Shown here: positions 19,481 to 29,250 of the stretch, piece after piece
Position numbering within the stretch: the stretch's first letter is position 1
Layout of the letters: the number at the start of each line of letters is the position of its first letter
Origin: Halobacteria archaeon
GTDB taxonomy: Archaea; Methanobacteriota_B; Thermococci; Methanofastidiosales; NM3
NCBI GenBank assembly: GCA_036733165.1
Contig: DAINBB010000005.1
Coordinates: 5,547 to 69,546 of the forward strand
Direction of reading: 5' to 3'
Length of the DNA: 64,000 nucleotides
Program-made: the position numbers and the translations under genes
Notes under the pieces: model-generated
What the model saw: the letters and a program-made list of their open reading frames with translations, nothing else
Told to the model about the DNA's origin: nothing
Database searches by the model: none

Positions 19481-20896
19481 TCATTTTCTGTTATTTTGAT
19501 AAATAAGGTCGGTCGCGGCACCAATCATAGATTCAATGGTGCTTGCTGCCGATTCCATATGCGGGGGGATGCCCGCACTTTTCAGGGCGGCGGTGGTCTG
19601 CGGGCCAATTGATATCCTTATTTGGCCATCCTTCACCATATGCGCGATCGCGTTTACCATCGCAGTGCTGGTAAAGAATATGACGTCGGCCTCGGTTATC
19701 GCCCCTAAAAATAGCGCGCCAAAATCGATGTCGTACACCGGAACCTCGCTATACTCAAGCTCCGTGAGCATGGACCCCAGGACATTGGATGCCTTGGATG
19801 ACCTTAGTCCCACCACCTTGTCCTGCGGCTTTACAATCTTTCTCAAAAGCATCACAAGCCCCTCTGATGTGTATTCGTCAGGCATCTCGGCATACAGTCC
19901 TATTCCCTCTAGCGCCCGCTTTGTCCCGGGACCTATGGCCACGTAGGACTTGTCCCTGTTGGCAAGCAGGTCATCCTTCAATAGGGGGACGGTGTTTGCG
20001 CTGGTGATGACAACATGGGTCGCAGATTCGAGCTCGTGCCTGTCCCATTCAATGGGCGTCAGTTCATAATGCCCGCCGTTCAATGCGTGCGCTCCCAGAC
20101 CCTCGATGATCGTCCTCGTCGACTCGAACTGCTCAGGGGCCCTCATGACAAGTATCCTCTTGCCCCTGATGCCTTCAAGTTTTCTGCCGAACCACATTGC
20201 ATCCCCGCCCGCGGGTTGGGCAGCGCCGACGACTATCACAGATGGCGCAGGTATCTCCTTCTTCCTCATCTCCTCAAGCGTGCCTGAGATGACCTTCTGG
20301 GCGTATGTAGTGGCGTTGTTCACTGCATGGACAGGCGTCTTCGGGTCGTATCCCATCCCTATCAGGTCCTTGCCAATGTCGCGGAACGAACTGGCCCCCA
20401 TGAGTATCACCAAGGTCCCTGAAAGGGAGCTGTATGTGTCCTTCACACGGGATGAGTCCCATCTGTGCCCCGTTATGAAGGTCACGGATGTGTTGTTCTC
20501 CCTATGGGTGACAGGTATCCCTGCATAGGCGGGTCCAGCGATGGCGGAGGTTATGCCAGGCACTATCTCGAAAGGGATTCCTGCCCCAATGAGGGACTCC
20601 ATCTCCTCCCCGCCCCTTCCGAAGACGAAGGGGTCGCCGCCCTTGAGGCGAACGACGCAATCATGTTCTCTCCCGTATCTCACGAGCAGTTCGTTGATGT
20701 CCTCCTGGGCCATGGAATGATTCGACGGCGCCTTCCCGACGAAGACCTTCAGACATCGTCCCTTCGCATGGTCGATAAGGGAGGGATTGACGAGCCTGTC
20801 GTACAGTATGACGTCCGCCCTCTTTATAAGTTCAAGACCCCTTACCGTGATCAGTCCCGGATCCCCAGGTCCAGCGCCCACAAGATAGACCGTCAT
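19481..20896 (-). CDS. cobA: uroporphyrinogen-III C-methyltransferase / uroporphyrinogen-III synthase fusion (CobA-HemD)
   Basis: 471 aa from ATG 20896 (MTVYLVGAGPGD...); SAM-MTase half then HemD-like half; ATGA overlap with hemC stop. Confidence 0.85.
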   Translation of the reverse strand: MTVYLVGAGPGDPGLITVRGLELIKRADVILYDRLVNPSLIDHAKGRCLKVFVGKAPSNHSMAQEDINELLVRYGREHDCVVRLKGGDPFVFGRGGEEMESLIGAGIPFEIVPGITSAIAGPAYAGIPVTHRENNTSVTFITGHRWDSSRVKDTYSSLSGTLVILMGASSFRDIGKDLIGMGYDPKTPVHAVNNATTYAQKVISGTLEEMRKKEIPAPSVIVVGAAQPAGGDAMWFGRKLEGIRGKRILVMRAPEQFESTRTIIEGLGAHALNGGHYELTPIEWDRHELESATHVVITSANTVPLLKDDLLANRDKSYVAIGPGTKRALEGIGLYAEMPDEYTSEGLVMLLRKIVKPQDKVVGLRSSKASNVLGSMLTELEYSEVPVYDIDFGALFLGAITEADVIFFTSTAMVNAIAHMVKDGQIRISIGPQTTAALKSAGIPPHMESAASTIESMIGAATDLIYQNNRK

Positions 20897-21780
20897 TGGA
20901 AAGACCCCACTACCGTTTCTGCGCCCTTTGCCATTACCGAGTCCGCCAGGGACCTGGCCAGATCGCACTCCCTGCCGACGGGCCCGACGATGAGGTCCCT
21001 GTAGGACTCGTTGGTCTTGGGGTCGTTGATACACGCCAGTATCCTGATCCTATTGCCTTCCATCAGGTTTGCATAGGCCCCTGCGGGTATGTGGCAGTTT
21101 CCCCCTATGGCCCGCATGAACTCCTGCTCGGCCAGCGTGCAGGAGGTCGCCTCCAGGTCCCTTATCGGTTCGAGGACCTTCAGGGCGTTCGTATCGTCCT
21201 TCCTGCAGGCCACCGCCAGAGCGCCTTGGCATGCTGCCGGAACGAACAGCTCAGGAGGGAATCTTATGTAATTGTAATCGTTGTGCCCCCACATTGAAAG
21301 CCTTCTGAGCCCGGCCTCGGCCATGATCACGCCGTCAAGTTCCTCGACCTTGCCCATCCGCGTGTCGATGTTCCCCCGTATGGGCTCCACATGCAGGTCC
21401 GGCCTGAGATGCATGAGCTCCGTCGCCCTTCTGGGGCTGCCCGTGCCTACGCTGCCGTTCTCCGGTATCGCGTAGAACGAGGAATGTCTCGTCACCATCA
21501 CATCGCAGGGAGGGCCTCTTTTAGGCACTACGGCGTGAAAAGGGAAATCAACGCTCACATCCTTCATGGAATGCACTGCGAAGTCTATCTCGCCGTTGGC
21601 CAGCGCGGCGTCTATCTCCTTCGTGAAGAGTCCCTTGGTTGCCCCGCATGTTCCGAATTGTCCCCTGTACAGGTCGCCGGATGTCTTTATTACCTTCATT
21701 TCGACATCCGCTCCAATCATATCAAGGACAAGTTTGGTCTGTGCCAGCGCCAAGGGGCTGCCGCGCGTGCCGCATATCAT
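20893..21780 (-). CDS. hemC: hydroxymethylbilane synthase (porphobilinogen deaminase)
   Basis: 295 aa; strong HemC similarity with dipyrromethane cofactor Cys region. Confidence 0.9.
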   Translation of the reverse strand: MICGTRGSPLALAQTKLVLDMIGADVEMKVIKTSGDLYRGQFGTCGATKGLFTKEIDAALANGEIDFAVHSMKDVSVDFPFHAVVPKRGPPCDVMVTRHSSFYAIPENGSVGTGSPRRATELMHLRPDLHVEPIRGNIDTRMGKVEELDGVIMAEAGLRRLSMWGHNDYNYIRFPPELFVPAACQGALAVACRKDDTNALKVLEPIRDLEATSCTLAEQEFMRAIGGNCHIPAGAYANLMEGNRIRILACINDPKTNESYRDLIVGPVGRECDLARSLADSVMAKGAETVVGSFQ

Positions 21781-23018
21781 TTCAGAGCATCCCCTATTGC
21801 CTCCAATGTGGAGTCCACGATCCCATCGTCATGGCACGCCGATAGGAAGTTGGTCTCGAAGTGGGACGGCGGAAGGAAGTACCCGGAATCCAGCATCTTC
21901 CTCCAGAACTGCATGAAACGCCCCTTGTCCGCCCTTCTGGCATCATCTGCGTTCCTGACGTCCTCGCATCCAAAGTATATCTGGAACATGGCAGGGGCGC
22001 TTTTCACGCACGAGTCGCTGGGCAGCATATCCCTTACTCCCCTTACAAGCTGCTCGGCGCGCGAATGTATCTTGTCCAGCACCGCGCCTGAATTTAGGGT
22101 CTCGAGAGCGGCGAGGCCCGCGGCCATCGAGAGCGGATTTCCGCTGAAGGTCCCTGCATTGTAGACATTGCCCACCGGTGTGAAGTTCTCCATTATCTCC
22201 CTTGAGGAACCTATGACACCTATGGGCAGCCCACCGCCCGCTATCTTTCCATATGTGACTATGTCGGCATCAACGCCATAATATTCCTGGGCGCCGCCCA
22301 CCGAGAGCCTGAAGCCCGTTATGGTCTCATCGATTATGAACAGCGTGCCTGTCTCGTCGCATATCTTCCTGGCATCATTCAGATAACCATCGTTCGGGAC
22401 CACGCATCCGACGTTGCCCATCACCGGCTCCACGATGAAGGCCGCGACATCCTCTCTCTTCAGTGCATCCTCAAGGGATTCGGCGTCGTTGAATCCTACC
22501 ATCCTTGTGCCCCGCACCTGATTTTCGGTGACCCCTCGGGACGAGGCGACGACGCATTGGTCCTCCCTTTTCGTGAGCACGCCGTCGTGGGAACCATGAT
22601 ATCCCCCGTTGAGCATGGCTATTGTGGACCTGCCGGTGACGGCCCTGGCAAGGCGGAGGGCCGCCATTGTCGCCTCCGTGCCACTGTTCACGGTCCTTAT
22701 CATTTCAACGTTCGGTGCCAGTTCGCAGAACTTTTCGGCATACCTGACCTCCAGGGGGGTTGGCGTTCCGTACACCGCCCCCTTCTCTGCCTGGTCCCTT
22801 ATGGCCTTTACAATGGCGGGCTCGCTGTGACCTAGAATTATCGGCCCATAGGCGAGGCAGTAATCACAATACCTGTTTCCCTCAACATCCCATAGGTAGG
22901 CACCCTTGGCATGGTCTGTGAAGAAAGGATAGGGCGATATGGTGGCCCTGATGGGGGAGTTCACACCTCCAACGAGCCTCTTTACCGCATCGTTGTACAA
23001 CTTTTCATTTTTCATCAT
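21777..23018 (-). CDS. hemL: glutamate-1-semialdehyde 2,1-aminomutase
   Basis: 413 aa; class III aminotransferase fold; 4-bp overlaps on both sides. Confidence 0.9.
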   Translation of the reverse strand: MMKNEKLYNDAVKRLVGGVNSPIRATISPYPFFTDHAKGAYLWDVEGNRYCDYCLAYGPIILGHSEPAIVKAIRDQAEKGAVYGTPTPLEVRYAEKFCELAPNVEMIRTVNSGTEATMAALRLARAVTGRSTIAMLNGGYHGSHDGVLTKREDQCVVASSRGVTENQVRGTRMVGFNDAESLEDALKREDVAAFIVEPVMGNVGCVVPNDGYLNDARKICDETGTLFIIDETITGFRLSVGGAQEYYGVDADIVTYGKIAGGGLPIGVIGSSREIMENFTPVGNVYNAGTFSGNPLSMAAGLAALETLNSGAVLDKIHSRAEQLVRGVRDMLPSDSCVKSAPAMFQIYFGCEDVRNADDARRADKGRFMQFWRKMLDSGYFLPPSHFETNFLSACHDDGIVDSTLEAIGDALK

Positions 23019-23977
23019 AGCTCACCTATTATGTCGGGCGCGAAGTAGGTGGCGATCAGGTCGGCCCCTGCGCGCTTGATGCCGAAGAGCGTCTCAAGCA
23101 CGATGTCCCTCTCATCGAAACATCCCTGTGAAGCGGCCGCTTTTATCATCGAGTATTCGCCGGAGACATTGTATGCCATGACCGGCACCTTCACGGCGTC
23201 CCTTACGCGCCTTATGACGTCGAGGTAACATAGAGCGGGCTTGACCATCACTATGTCGGCCCCCTCCTCAATGTCCGCAAGCACTTCCTTGAGGGCCTCG
23301 TCCGAGTTCCTGTTGTCCATCTGGTACGACCTCCTGTCCCCAGACCGCGGAGCGGAGTTGCAGGCGTCCCTGAAAGGGCCGTAGAATGCGGACGCGTACT
23401 TGGCGGAATAGCTAATGATCGGTATGTGCTCGCATCCTTCGCCATCAAGGGCATCCCTTATGGCCTTCACCCTGCCGTCCATCATGTCGGACGGGGCGAC
23501 GACATCAGCCCCCGCCCTTACATGGCTAAGCGCGATCCTTGAGAGCAGGGGCAGCGACCTGTCGTTGTCCACCATCCCTCCACCTGACACGATCCCGCAG
23601 TGCCCAGTGTCTATGTACTGGCAGAGACAGACGTCGGTGATCAGTAGGAGGTCGTCCGTGGCGTCCCTCATCCTTGCGAGCGCCCTCTGCACAACGCCGT
23701 CGCTAGCGTAGGCGTCATGGGCGTCCGGGGAGCGGGACCTTGGTATCCCGAACATCAGCACGCTGCGTATCCCCTTCTCGACCAGCCCTTCCGCAAGGGC
23801 CCCTAAATCATCTATCCCGTACCTGTACTGCCCGGGCATGGAAGCTATCGGTTCGGTATCGCCGTCCTTCACGAATATCGGGTATATCAGGTCGTCACCT
23901 GAGAGCGAGGTCTCGGCCACGAGGTCCCTCAATATCGGATTGTATCTTAGTCTTCTTGGTCTGTCACGTGGAAACAT
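23015..23977 (-). CDS. hemB: porphobilinogen synthase (ALA dehydratase)
   Basis: 320 aa; active-site Lys regions and metal-binding Cys cluster (DVCLCQY). Confidence 0.9.
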   Translation of the reverse strand: MFPRDRPRRLRYNPILRDLVAETSLSGDDLIYPIFVKDGDTEPIASMPGQYRYGIDDLGALAEGLVEKGIRSVLMFGIPRSRSPDAHDAYASDGVVQRALARMRDATDDLLLITDVCLCQYIDTGHCGIVSGGGMVDNDRSLPLLSRIALSHVRAGADVVAPSDMMDGRVKAIRDALDGEGCEHIPIISYSAKYASAFYGPFRDACNSAPRSGDRRSYQMDNRNSDEALKEVLADIEEGADIVMVKPALCYLDVIRRVRDAVKVPVMAYNVSGEYSMIKAAASQGCFDERDIVLETLFGIKRAGADLIATYFAPDIIGEL

Positions 23978-25219
23978 CTATTCACACCCCTCATCTTCAT
24001 CCTTGGCGTTCCTGATGATCAGGTCGCGCACGGCATACGCCTTTTCCATGGGAACGTCCAGGTCCTGCACATTGAGGAACAGATTGTGAAGCGTCCTTTT
24101 CACCACGGCCTTGGAGAACGCCTCGACGGCACCCTTGTCGCTGCAAGAACCTGAGAGCAGCTTTTCCAGTTCCGCCTCCCTTATGGCCTCCGCGTGCAAT
24201 GATATGTCCCTTACAACGTTTTTCCTCTCCAGGAGCTGTGCCTGCCTCATGAGCGAGCTGTACTCTTCCCTTATTATCCGTCTTGCCGCCGGAATGTGCA
24301 TCCTTCGCTCTGCCTCCATTGCCCTTGACATCTCCCTTACCTTGTCCAGCCCGACGTAGGTTGTCCCTTCGATCCCTCTGGCCTCCGCATCCACATCAGG
24401 AGGCATTGCTACATCGATTATCGTGATATCATCCATCCTTTGTTCCCGCGCCTTCGTGATGTCCTCTCTGAACAGGAGCGCATGTGGTGCGGACGATGCG
24501 CAGAATATCAGGTCGACGATGGGCAGGTGGTCCCTGAAAAGCTCGTATGCTATGGCATTTGCCCCGGTCTCGCCCGCCAGTTCCTTGGCCCTCTCGAATC
24601 TCCTGTTCGTGACGAACACCGTGCTCCCCCCCTTCATGCTGAGGATCTTTGCCACCATCGCCGAGATCTTGCCGGCGCCAAGTATCAATATGTTCTTTCC
24701 ATCAAGTGGGCCCATCATCTCCTCTGCGATGCCGACGGCCACAGAGGCGATCGAGACGTTCCCTTGGCAGAGATCGGTTTCCGACCTGACTCTCTTTCCG
24801 GCCCTGATGGCCTTCTCGAAAAGTGGGATGAGGGTCTCGCCTGCGGTACCGAGCCCCTTCGAATGCTCCAGCGCACCCTTTACCTGCCCGAGTATCTGGT
24901 GCTCGCCGATTATCATCGAGTCGAGGGTGGTGGCCACCTCAAAGAGATGGAATACGGCCCCGTTGCCCTTCCTAAGCTTCATGATCTCGACGTCCTTGCC
25001 GAACGTCCTTTCCATTCCTGCCCTGAAGCTTTCCCATTCCTCCCTCGTCTCAACATATATCTCATACCTGTTGCAGGTCTTGATCACGACCACCTCGTCG
25101 GCCAGTCCCTCGCCGATCAGTCCGAGCATCATGCCGTCTTCCTCCTGATGTGTCTTGGAGAAGAAGGAAAGCGAGGTCAGTGAACAGTTCGAGTGGGCCA
25201 CGCTGGCGCTGATTATCAT
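23978..25219 (-). CDS. hemA: glutamyl-tRNA reductase
   Basis: 413 aa; catalytic Cys region (VIKTCNRYEIYV) and NADPH-binding domain. Confidence 0.85.
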   Translation of the reverse strand: MIISASVAHSNCSLTSLSFFSKTHQEEDGMMLGLIGEGLADEVVVIKTCNRYEIYVETREEWESFRAGMERTFGKDVEIMKLRKGNGAVFHLFEVATTLDSMIIGEHQILGQVKGALEHSKGLGTAGETLIPLFEKAIRAGKRVRSETDLCQGNVSIASVAVGIAEEMMGPLDGKNILILGAGKISAMVAKILSMKGGSTVFVTNRRFERAKELAGETGANAIAYELFRDHLPIVDLIFCASSAPHALLFREDITKAREQRMDDITIIDVAMPPDVDAEARGIEGTTYVGLDKVREMSRAMEAERRMHIPAARRIIREEYSSLMRQAQLLERKNVVRDISLHAEAIREAELEKLLSGSCSDKGAVEAFSKAVVKRTLHNLFLNVQDLDVPMEKAYAVRDLIIRNAKDEDEGCE

Positions 25220-25848
25220 GTCGCATCCTTCCTTAAGAGCTCCATCACCTTGTCGTAGCGCCCCTCATGGATGTTGGCCATTATCTCCTTGTCATCAAGC
25301 ATCCTTGCCACGAGCCCCCTGTCGAGCAGGCCTTCATCGTAGAGTGAATGCGCGATCCGTGAGAATGTGGAAATGCCGGGAAGCCCCCTCTCAATGTAAC
25401 GCTTCAGCGCATAGGCGCACTGGGGGCATGTGGCAAGGGATGAAACTGCAATTATGTCCTTTCCAACGTCGATTATCGCTGGAAATGCGATGTCGCCGGA
25501 TCCCCTGCTCGTGGCGACGTTGACAGGTATGGACCTGTCTATGCAATAGGACGCTATCCTCTCGTTGAGCGCGGCGTCGTCAAGTGCGCACACCACCAAA
25601 GAGGTCTCATCATCTATGAATCCCAAGAAGGAGTCGTTGTCGATGTCCGCCTTGATGAACTCAATGTCACCTTCACACACAATATCCTCCCGGTCTATGA
25701 GCCTGACATGCACCCCGAGCCCTGACAGGGAACTTGCCTTTCTCATGCCGACCTCCCCACCTCCGAAGACCAGGGCATGCCCCCTGATATACATTATCAC
25801 AGGGTACCTTGACACGCCATCCCCTTGCTGGACCAATCCATCGTTCAT
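25216..25848 (-). CDS. sirC: precorrin-2 dehydrogenase (SirC / siroheme synthase N-terminal domain type)
   Basis: 210 aa; Rossmann GGGxVG motif (LVFGGGEVGMRKA). Confidence 0.75.
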   Translation of the reverse strand: MNDGLVQQGDGVSRYPVIMYIRGHALVFGGGEVGMRKASSLSGLGVHVRLIDREDIVCEGDIEFIKADIDNDSFLGFIDDETSLVVCALDDAALNERIASYCIDRSIPVNVATSRGSGDIAFPAIIDVGKDIIAVSSLATCPQCAYALKRYIERGLPGISTFSRIAHSLYDEGLLDRGLVARMLDDKEIMANIHEGRYDKVMELLRKDAT

Positions 25849-25928
25849 CTCACCGCCGTCCCGTACATGAAAATAAGTCCCATGATAAACTGGAAGTAGG
25901 ATATTATTGTCTTTGTTTCAATATAATA

Positions 25929-26756
25929 TTATTTGAGGGAACGCTGCCGATGCCGCTTCAGAACGCAGCTTTCCAGCTTCTCTTCACCCAAGGGCCTGGC
26001 GTAATGCCTCTCAATGCCGTTTTCTATCATTTCAGCAAGCCCCTTGAAGGTCTTTGACAGGGGGTCGTCGGGATATGCCTCGATAAATGGGACCACCATC
26101 TCCTCCGCCCTCTGTATCCCCTTGTGTCTCGGGATCCGCGCGACTATCGGAAGGCCCACCTCAAGGGCGAACTCCTCGACCATCTCCTCATCGCCCTGCC
26201 CCCCTCTCGAGTTGAGGACTATCCCCCCTATGCGTGGGACATCTGTCTCATAGTTCGCGATGCCCCTGATGATATTGTTCGCGGCATACAGGGACATGAA
26301 CTCGCCGGACGTGACTATGAATATGGTGTCTGCATACTCCTTTCTCAGGGGCACGGCGAATCCTCCGCAGACCACATCCCCCAACACGTCATAGATGATA
26401 TAGTCTATATCGGGCGAGCTGCGGATGCCTTCCCTTCCAAGCAGTTCCAGCGTTGAGAGTATTCCTCTTCCGGCGCATCCGACGCCAGGTTCGGGCCCGC
26501 CCGCCTCGATGCACAATGCGCCCTTGTATCCCTCCAGGATGCAGTCCCTGACGTTCTCGAGCTTTTCCTTCCTTATCTGGTCAAGAACTGTAAACGGGTG
26601 GGTCCTGCCAAGAAGCAATCTTGTGGAGTCGTGCTTTGGGTCGCATCCTATCTGCACCACCTTCCTGCCCATGTCGGCCAGGCTTGCGGTCAGATTCGCT
26701 GAGATGGTGGACTTTCCGATCCCCCCTTTGCCATATACCGCTATCTGTCTTGTCAT
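25929..26756 (-). CDS. cfbC: NifH-like ATPase, Ni-sirohydrochlorin a,c-diamide reductive cyclase component CfbC
   Basis: 275 aa; P-loop GKGGIGKST and the two Fe4S4 ligand Cys, NifH family. Confidence 0.85.
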   Translation of the reverse strand: MTRQIAVYGKGGIGKSTISANLTASLADMGRKVVQIGCDPKHDSTRLLLGRTHPFTVLDQIRKEKLENVRDCILEGYKGALCIEAGGPEPGVGCAGRGILSTLELLGREGIRSSPDIDYIIYDVLGDVVCGGFAVPLRKEYADTIFIVTSGEFMSLYAANNIIRGIANYETDVPRIGGIVLNSRGGQGDEEMVEEFALEVGLPIVARIPRHKGIQRAEEMVVPFIEAYPDDPLSKTFKGLAEMIENGIERHYARPLGEEKLESCVLKRHRQRSLK

Positions 26757-26764
26757 GTCATCGC

Positions 26765-28141
26765 CTATTTCCTGAGATATTCCTTGGCCGAGTCGCAGAT
26801 GGCCATTGCCACCTTGCCCTGTGATGCCATATGAATGTGTGAGTATTGTGCGAGAACGTTCGATTCCATGATGCCGTCGTGCTTCCCGTCGATGCCTCTC
26901 CCCCTCTTGACATCAAAGGCGTATCTTATGTCATCCGATAAGCTTTCCACAGAGGAGTAGTGGAACTCGTGCCCTCTGATGACATCTCCCTGGCGGGCCA
27001 CTATGTTGCTTCTTATTGCCTCGATCTCCGAGTAGGATATGGATTGGCTTGTCCTGTGCATCCTGCTGTCTATGTCCAGGACCCCCGCCATCTTCCACCT
27101 GCGTCCGTCCAGGTCTGTCAGTTCCCTGCCAAGATACATCATTCCGCCGCATTCCGCATAGACAGGCATCCCGTCATCGATAAGCGTCTTCATGTGCCTA
27201 ATAAAATCCTTGTTGCCGCCCAACCGTTCGGAATGGCACTCGGGATAACCGCCCAGGAGCAGGAGCGCGGAGGTGTCGTCTGGCAATCGCCTGTCGGAGA
27301 GGGGCGATATGTACTCTATCCTTGCCCCAAGGGCCCTCAATGCTCTCAGATTCTCGTGATATATGAACGTGAAGGCCTTGTCGTGGGCGACCGATATCAT
27401 GAATCCTTCCTTTTCGAAGGCGTTTTCCTCCACCTCAACGTCCAGGTCGGGCGCGTTGCACGCCAACTCGAACAGTGCATCCACATCCACCGCCCCCTCA
27501 ACGGTGTCTGCTGCGGCATCTATCGCCTTTTCGCTGTCCTCGTTCTCCGCTACGGTGATCAGGCCCAGGTGCCTCATGGTCACAGAAAGCTCTCTGTCCC
27601 TCCTGATGGATCCGTATATCCTTTTCCCTGTCCTCTGCCATATGGCAGACGTTGCCTTGATATGATGCCTTGGCCCTTTGACCATGTTTATTATGAATCC
27701 CGATACATCGACGTCCCTGTCATATTCCATGAATCCCAGGGCCGATGCCGCAGCCCCCCTTGCGAGGCTTTGGATGTTCATCACCAATACCACCGGTGCC
27801 GAGAGGACCTTTGCGAGATGTGCCGTGCTTCCCTCGTCCCCCAAGGGGGACGCTCCGTCATAGAGGCTCCTTACCCCTTCTATGAGCACTATGTCGGAAT
27901 CAAGGGCGGCCTCGCCCACCGACCTCATGATGTGCTCCGGCGCCATCATCCACGTGTCCAGATTCCCCGATGGTCTCCCTGAGGCGCGCGAGAGGTACTC
28001 GGCATCTATATAATCGGGCCCGGACTTGAAGCATTTGACCTTGAACCCCCTTCGCTGGAGCGCCCTGGCGAGACCCATCGTCACGAAGGTCTTCCCGGAG
28101 TTGCTCGAGGTCCCCGAGATCACAAGCCTTGGGCACCTCAC
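26765..28141 (-). CDS. cfbB: Ni-sirohydrochlorin a,c-diamide synthase (CbiA family) CfbB
   Basis: 458 aa; CbiA N-terminal ATPase (GTSSNSGKT) plus C-terminal glutaminase domain; GTG start (28141 or 28123). Confidence 0.85.
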   Translation of the reverse strand: MRCPRLVISGTSSNSGKTFVTMGLARALQRRGFKVKCFKSGPDYIDAEYLSRASGRPSGNLDTWMMAPEHIMRSVGEAALDSDIVLIEGVRSLYDGASPLGDEGSTAHLAKVLSAPVVLVMNIQSLARGAAASALGFMEYDRDVDVSGFIINMVKGPRHHIKATSAIWQRTGKRIYGSIRRDRELSVTMRHLGLITVAENEDSEKAIDAAADTVEGAVDVDALFELACNAPDLDVEVEENAFEKEGFMISVAHDKAFTFIYHENLRALRALGARIEYISPLSDRRLPDDTSALLLLGGYPECHSERLGGNKDFIRHMKTLIDDGMPVYAECGGMMYLGRELTDLDGRRWKMAGVLDIDSRMHRTSQSISYSEIEAIRSNIVARQGDVIRGHEFHYSSVESLSDDIRYAFDVKRGRGIDGKHDGIMESNVLAQYSHIHMASQGKVAMAICDSAKEYLRK

Positions 28142-29250
28142 CCCATCACCATTGACCTGATCGTGCTGCCGAAACGCGATTCCACGATGTCACTTGCGCC
28201 GAGGACGTTGTGATGGGCCATTCCCTCATCCAGCACGATGCCGTATCCCAGTTTCTTGAGGGCGAAGAGGGCACGGGAACCGGTTGCCACGGCCATAGTG
28301 TTCTCCTTTTCCCATAACGGGACGGCATGCGGCAGTCCGCAGACCACTATGGCACCCCATTCCGCACCTTCGGACAACACCATTTCCGCTGCGCGTCTTC
28401 CCGTCACGGAGTATTCGTCCGGTCCACCGGTGACATGGTCCAATGTGATGCCTACCCTTTCGAATGCATTGAGCATTATGGAGGAATAGTGCCTTATCTT
28501 CGGAAGCCCTACCGATCCAGAGGCGTTCGCGACATAGAAGAGGCGCGATGCCGAGCCGAGCGCATCATGGGCCTCCTTTACTGCACAAAGCACGTCTGCG
28601 TACAGGAGGGAGGTCTCCTTCTTTGCGTTGAGCACCAGTGCCAACGGGTCACCGGACTCGAGCCTTCCTATCAAAAACCTTGCGGCCGCCTTATGGTCAT
28701 CGCCCGCAAAGGTGTCCAGATACGTCTCCCTGGCAGTGCCGTATGTCCTCTCGTTGACGTTTGCCGCCACCAACATGTCTTTTTGCCTCTTCGCCTCCTC
28801 CGGTGTGATGATGCCTTCGGCCGCGGCAGATTCCAACGCCCTTATCGCACCGTCGACATTGTCCGGATTGTACGGGTCGCAGTTGACCACTATCGTCTTG
28901 CACGACAGGCCGGCATGATGGACCGCCTTTTCTATGTCCTCGCCTATTATGGCTGCGCAGCAGGTGCCGACCACTCCCACCAATCTTGGGTTGAACCGCC
29001 TCTCGACCTCCCTCAGCGTGTTTATTAGTTTTGGTTCCCCCCCGAATATGACCGATTTCTGGTCCAGGGAGGAAGTCACCACCCTGACATTGTCCCGCTC
29101 AAGCAGCCTTGATGCCCTGAAGTTGCACCCCGCGGGGCCGTGGAGCACGATGACCTCCACGCCAAGGTCCCTAAGCGTGTACATGGCGGCTGCGATGGGG
29201 CTTGGTCTGGGATGCAGTATCCTTTCTGATTCCTCGTTCAGTTTGTACAT
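28138..29250 (-). CDS. cfbD: NifD/NifE-like subunit of the reductive cyclase CfbD
   Basis: 370 aa; nitrogenase component 1-type oxidoreductase fold with conserved Cys (HGPAGC, GTCCAAIIG). Confidence 0.85.
   Translation of the reverse strand: MYKLNEESERILHPRPSPIAAAMYTLRDLGVEVIVLHGPAGCNFRASRLLERDNVRVVTSSLDQKSVIFGGEPKLINTLREVERRFNPRLVGVVGTCCAAIIGEDIEKAVHHAGLSCKTIVVNCDPYNPDNVDGAIRALESAAAEGIITPEEAKRQKDMLVAANVNERTYGTARETYLDTFAGDDHKAAARFLIGRLESGDPLALVLNAKKETSLLYADVLCAVKEAHDALGSASRLFYVANASGSVGLPKIRHYSSIMLNAFERVGITLDHVTGGPDEYSVTGRRAAEMVLSEGAEWGAIVVCGLPHAVPLWEKENTMAVATGSRALFALKKLGYGIVLDEGMAHHNVLGASDIVESRFGSTIRSMVMG

Noticed and set aside
21050-21780. Extended N-terminus of the cobA/hemD ORF (19481-21034 in the track) overlapping hemC
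   Set aside because: The first 46 codons are Arg/Gly-rich and overlap the hemC coding sequence. The conserved methyltransferase start MTVYLVGAGPGD at 20896 forms an ATGA junction with hemC.
24423-25183. Long plus-strand ORFs antisense to hemA (241 and 247 aa)
   Set aside because: They are antisense to a conserved biosynthetic gene. Ser/Pro/Ala-rich low-complexity translation is the usual result of reading GC-rich coding sequence backwards.
26960-27982. 340-aa plus-strand ORF antisense to cfbB
   Set aside because: The minus-strand product is a clear CbiA-family amidase. The antisense ORF is His/Arg/Pro-rich with no domain signature.
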